Assembly (NCBI GenBank): GCA_001599295.1
Contig: BCGN01000009.1
Location: 62,001 to 126,000 of the forward strand
Length of the DNA: 64,000 nucleotides
Direction of reading: 5' to 3'
From: Sporopachydermia quercuum
Taxonomy: Eukaryota
Shown: positions 61,973 through 64,000 of the stretch, piece by piece
How the letters are laid out: every line of letters starts with the position of its first letter
Numbering within the stretch: the stretch's first letter is position 1
Notes under the pieces: generated by a model
Told to the model about the DNA's origin: nothing
Seen by the model: the letters and a program-made list of their open reading frames with translations, nothing else
Databases searched by the model: none
Translations under genes and position numbers: made by a program

Positions 61973-62188
61973 TGTTGTATCGCTGAATGTATATATATGG
62001 TGGTGGATAATGTATTGGTCGTTTGAAGTTATAGCTACATGGGGTTTATGACAGACAATTGTTCTTGTTTGGTGAAGAAAGATCAAAAGAAAGAAGAGAA
62101 AGAAGAAAGGAAGAGGAGATTGACAATCAAGTAAAAAGAGGAATCGACTGTAGTAATAAACTATACAATATCGTAAAACCAAATTTTA

Positions 62189-62517
62189 AACCAGCGAAAT
62201 AAATAAAACTTCAATAGTGCCAGCCTTTCCCAATATGTAGATAGAAATGCTTTAATCCATTTAAACTTTTTTTAGAGAGAAAGTTAAAGCCATTGAATTT
62301 TGACAGGTGAAAGGGTATTAAACCTAAATGTCTGATGGTGTCCTTGAAGATAATTATTCTTGTTTAACTATTTGTTTTGAAATATGCCTCTTAATTACTA
62401 TATAGAACAATCTTTTCAAAACCATTGTTCAAATATAACCTGAAATTCTCACCTCTTTGTAAGGATTCTCAATCAAATCCATCTAATTCTTATCCCTTTT
62501 GATGGTGTAGCACCAGC
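62189..62517. promoter_or_regulatory. Cluster of CCAGC (Ace2/Swi5-type) motifs upstream of DSE1
   Basis: AACCAGC at 62189, TGCCAGC at 62218 and ACCAGC at 62512; DSE1 is an Ace2 target in S. cerevisiae. Confidence 0.45.
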
Positions 62518-63687
62518 CTCAGGAACCAGGAAAAGAAAGTTTGAGAAAAATGAGTTAATTAATACTTAAATCCAACCTACTTACTCTTTTCGTATTTGCG
62601 CCAACCTTAGTTTACTATTTTGAAAACATACGAAAAGGAATAGCTCCTTTTTGGAAATACCTGGGGTAAAGTTGGCTGGATATAAGCTAATTTGGTAGTA
62701 GTCATCGCAAATGAAAGCTTATAGAATCATTTGAATTTATAAGTCCGATGAGATTTGATATCAAGCTAATATTTTCAACTCATTTAGAGGATCTGAATAT
62801 CTAACTTGAATACAAACTACTCATATTGATAGACTAATAAACAGCAGGAAGTTGTCGTATCTTTCCATTTCGTCCTCCCTAGGTCATCTTAGCGAGTACA
62901 ACAGCGCTAAGAATAAAAATTGAAACCCTATATCTAAAAATAAAATAAGCTTTCTTATTTTCCATGCATGACCCCATCTATGCACAATGGTGCAGGAATA
63001 TGCATTATGTCTTTATTGATTTGAAATTGTACTATTACGAAGGATAATACAAAATGTGTAACTCAATTAATTAACTCAATATACTCATACAACGCTCACC
63101 ATATGGGTCTGTTTGTATTGAATCTGCTAAGCCCTTTTCTGAATGGTTTTGAGAGGTATATTGAACATGTCTATATTGTCTATATTTTTCAAATGGAACT
63201 CCAATCCAACTAAATACTCTGCTAATAATTTTATTATGTTGACTGGTCAGTCAGTTCTCACTGCTTTGAATTCATAAAAAGTGAGTCTCCCAACTACCCC
63301 CCAAATGATCCATTATGGGACACAGGTCACATCTCACTCCATTCTTCCAGAAGACAACATAGGGAAGGAAGGACCTTATTTCAAAATAATAATGTGACAA
63401 GATAGTTGTTTTGGAAAAGATATGCTATTTGTTGCTATATAATGGCATGTTTCTAAGTCAAGATCTAAAGAGACCAGTGAATTCATCTGCGCTGTTTTTT
63501 TCTTATGTTAATGTTTTGTTTGAGGTTCCAGTTGTTCGTTTGTTTAGTTAGTATCGTAGCAATAACAGGGGAAGTTCAATAACAAGGCGATCAATCGTGG
63601 ACAACGAAAGCTGTGACAAACATAGAACACTGCAAAAATAACGGCTTATAGTGGCTGGTTGTGTGGTGTGTAACAGAAAAACAAATA

Positions 63688-64000
63688 ATGAGACCAAGAG
63701 AAACCCCTCTTGAGGGTAGTTTGATTACTGTAAGATTAGTTGCGGCTGAATCGTTATACAAACGAGATGTCTTTAGGTTTCCTGATCCATTTGCTGTGAT
63801 TACAGTTGATGGTGGTCAAACCAAAACAACATCTGTTTGCAAGAAAACAATTAATCCATTTTGGAATGAAGAATTTGAATTTCGAGTGAATGAATTAAGT
63901 GTACTTGCCATTCAAATATTTGATCAAAGAAAGTTCAAACGAAAAGATCAAGGGTTTCTGGGAGTTATCAATGTACGTATTGGCGATGTTATAGATTTAC
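63688..64000 (+). CDS. RSP5: HECT E3 ubiquitin ligase Rsp5, N-terminal C2 domain (3'-truncated by the window edge; absent from the ORF track)
   Basis: [42 protein letters not shown]...[10 protein letters not shown]...[29 protein letters not shown]. Confidence 0.93.
   Translation, partial: MRPRETPLEGSLITVRLVAAESLYKRDVFRFPDPFAVITVDGGQTKTTSVCKKTINPFWNEEFEFRVNELSVLAIQIFDQRKFKRKDQGFLGVINVRIGDVIDL

Noticed and set aside
1..64000. CUG codon reassignment (Ser or Ala clades)
   Set aside because: CTG occurs at conserved Leu positions (formin GINLH and IYLEL; Apl5 KLAYLEM), consistent with the standard code. Ambiguous decoding cannot be fully excluded from a few sites.

Overview
This is eukaryotic DNA from a budding yeast (Saccharomycotina) chromosome arm. 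CUG is read as Leu (CTG at conserved Leu positions in the formin GINLH/IYLEL and Apl5 KLAYLEM motifs). A complex I subunit gene is present, and spliceosomal introns (GT...CTAAC...AG) reach about 720 nt. About 21 protein genes are recognisable: 3' part of BNI1, SLD1, OXR1, KXD1, APL5, an NDUFC2-like complex I subunit, a DPP1-like phosphatase, NUP1, MRX15, two hypothetical membrane proteins, KTR1, a YBL081W-like gene, PET112, KAP123, SWI4, STR3, YCK3, EAF3, DSE1 and the 5' part of RSP5. Several neighbour pairs match S. cerevisiae gene order as I recall it. The most unusual locus lies between OXR1 and KXD1: a decayed ~2 kb orphan reading frame (- strand) interrupted by a 305-bp internal CDC6 fragment (+ strand) flanked by a perfect 16-bp direct repeat. 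Other oddities are a CCGG/CGGA-enriched island over the formin gene and its downstream spacer, a perfect 13-bp telomere-like tandem array, a nested inverted-repeat element at ~18.6 kb, and an in-frame TGA splitting a membrane-protein ORF. No tRNA, rRNA, CRISPR or intact transposon was found. All identifications come from motif recognition by eye, without database searches; scattered n bases may be ambiguous or heterozygous calls.
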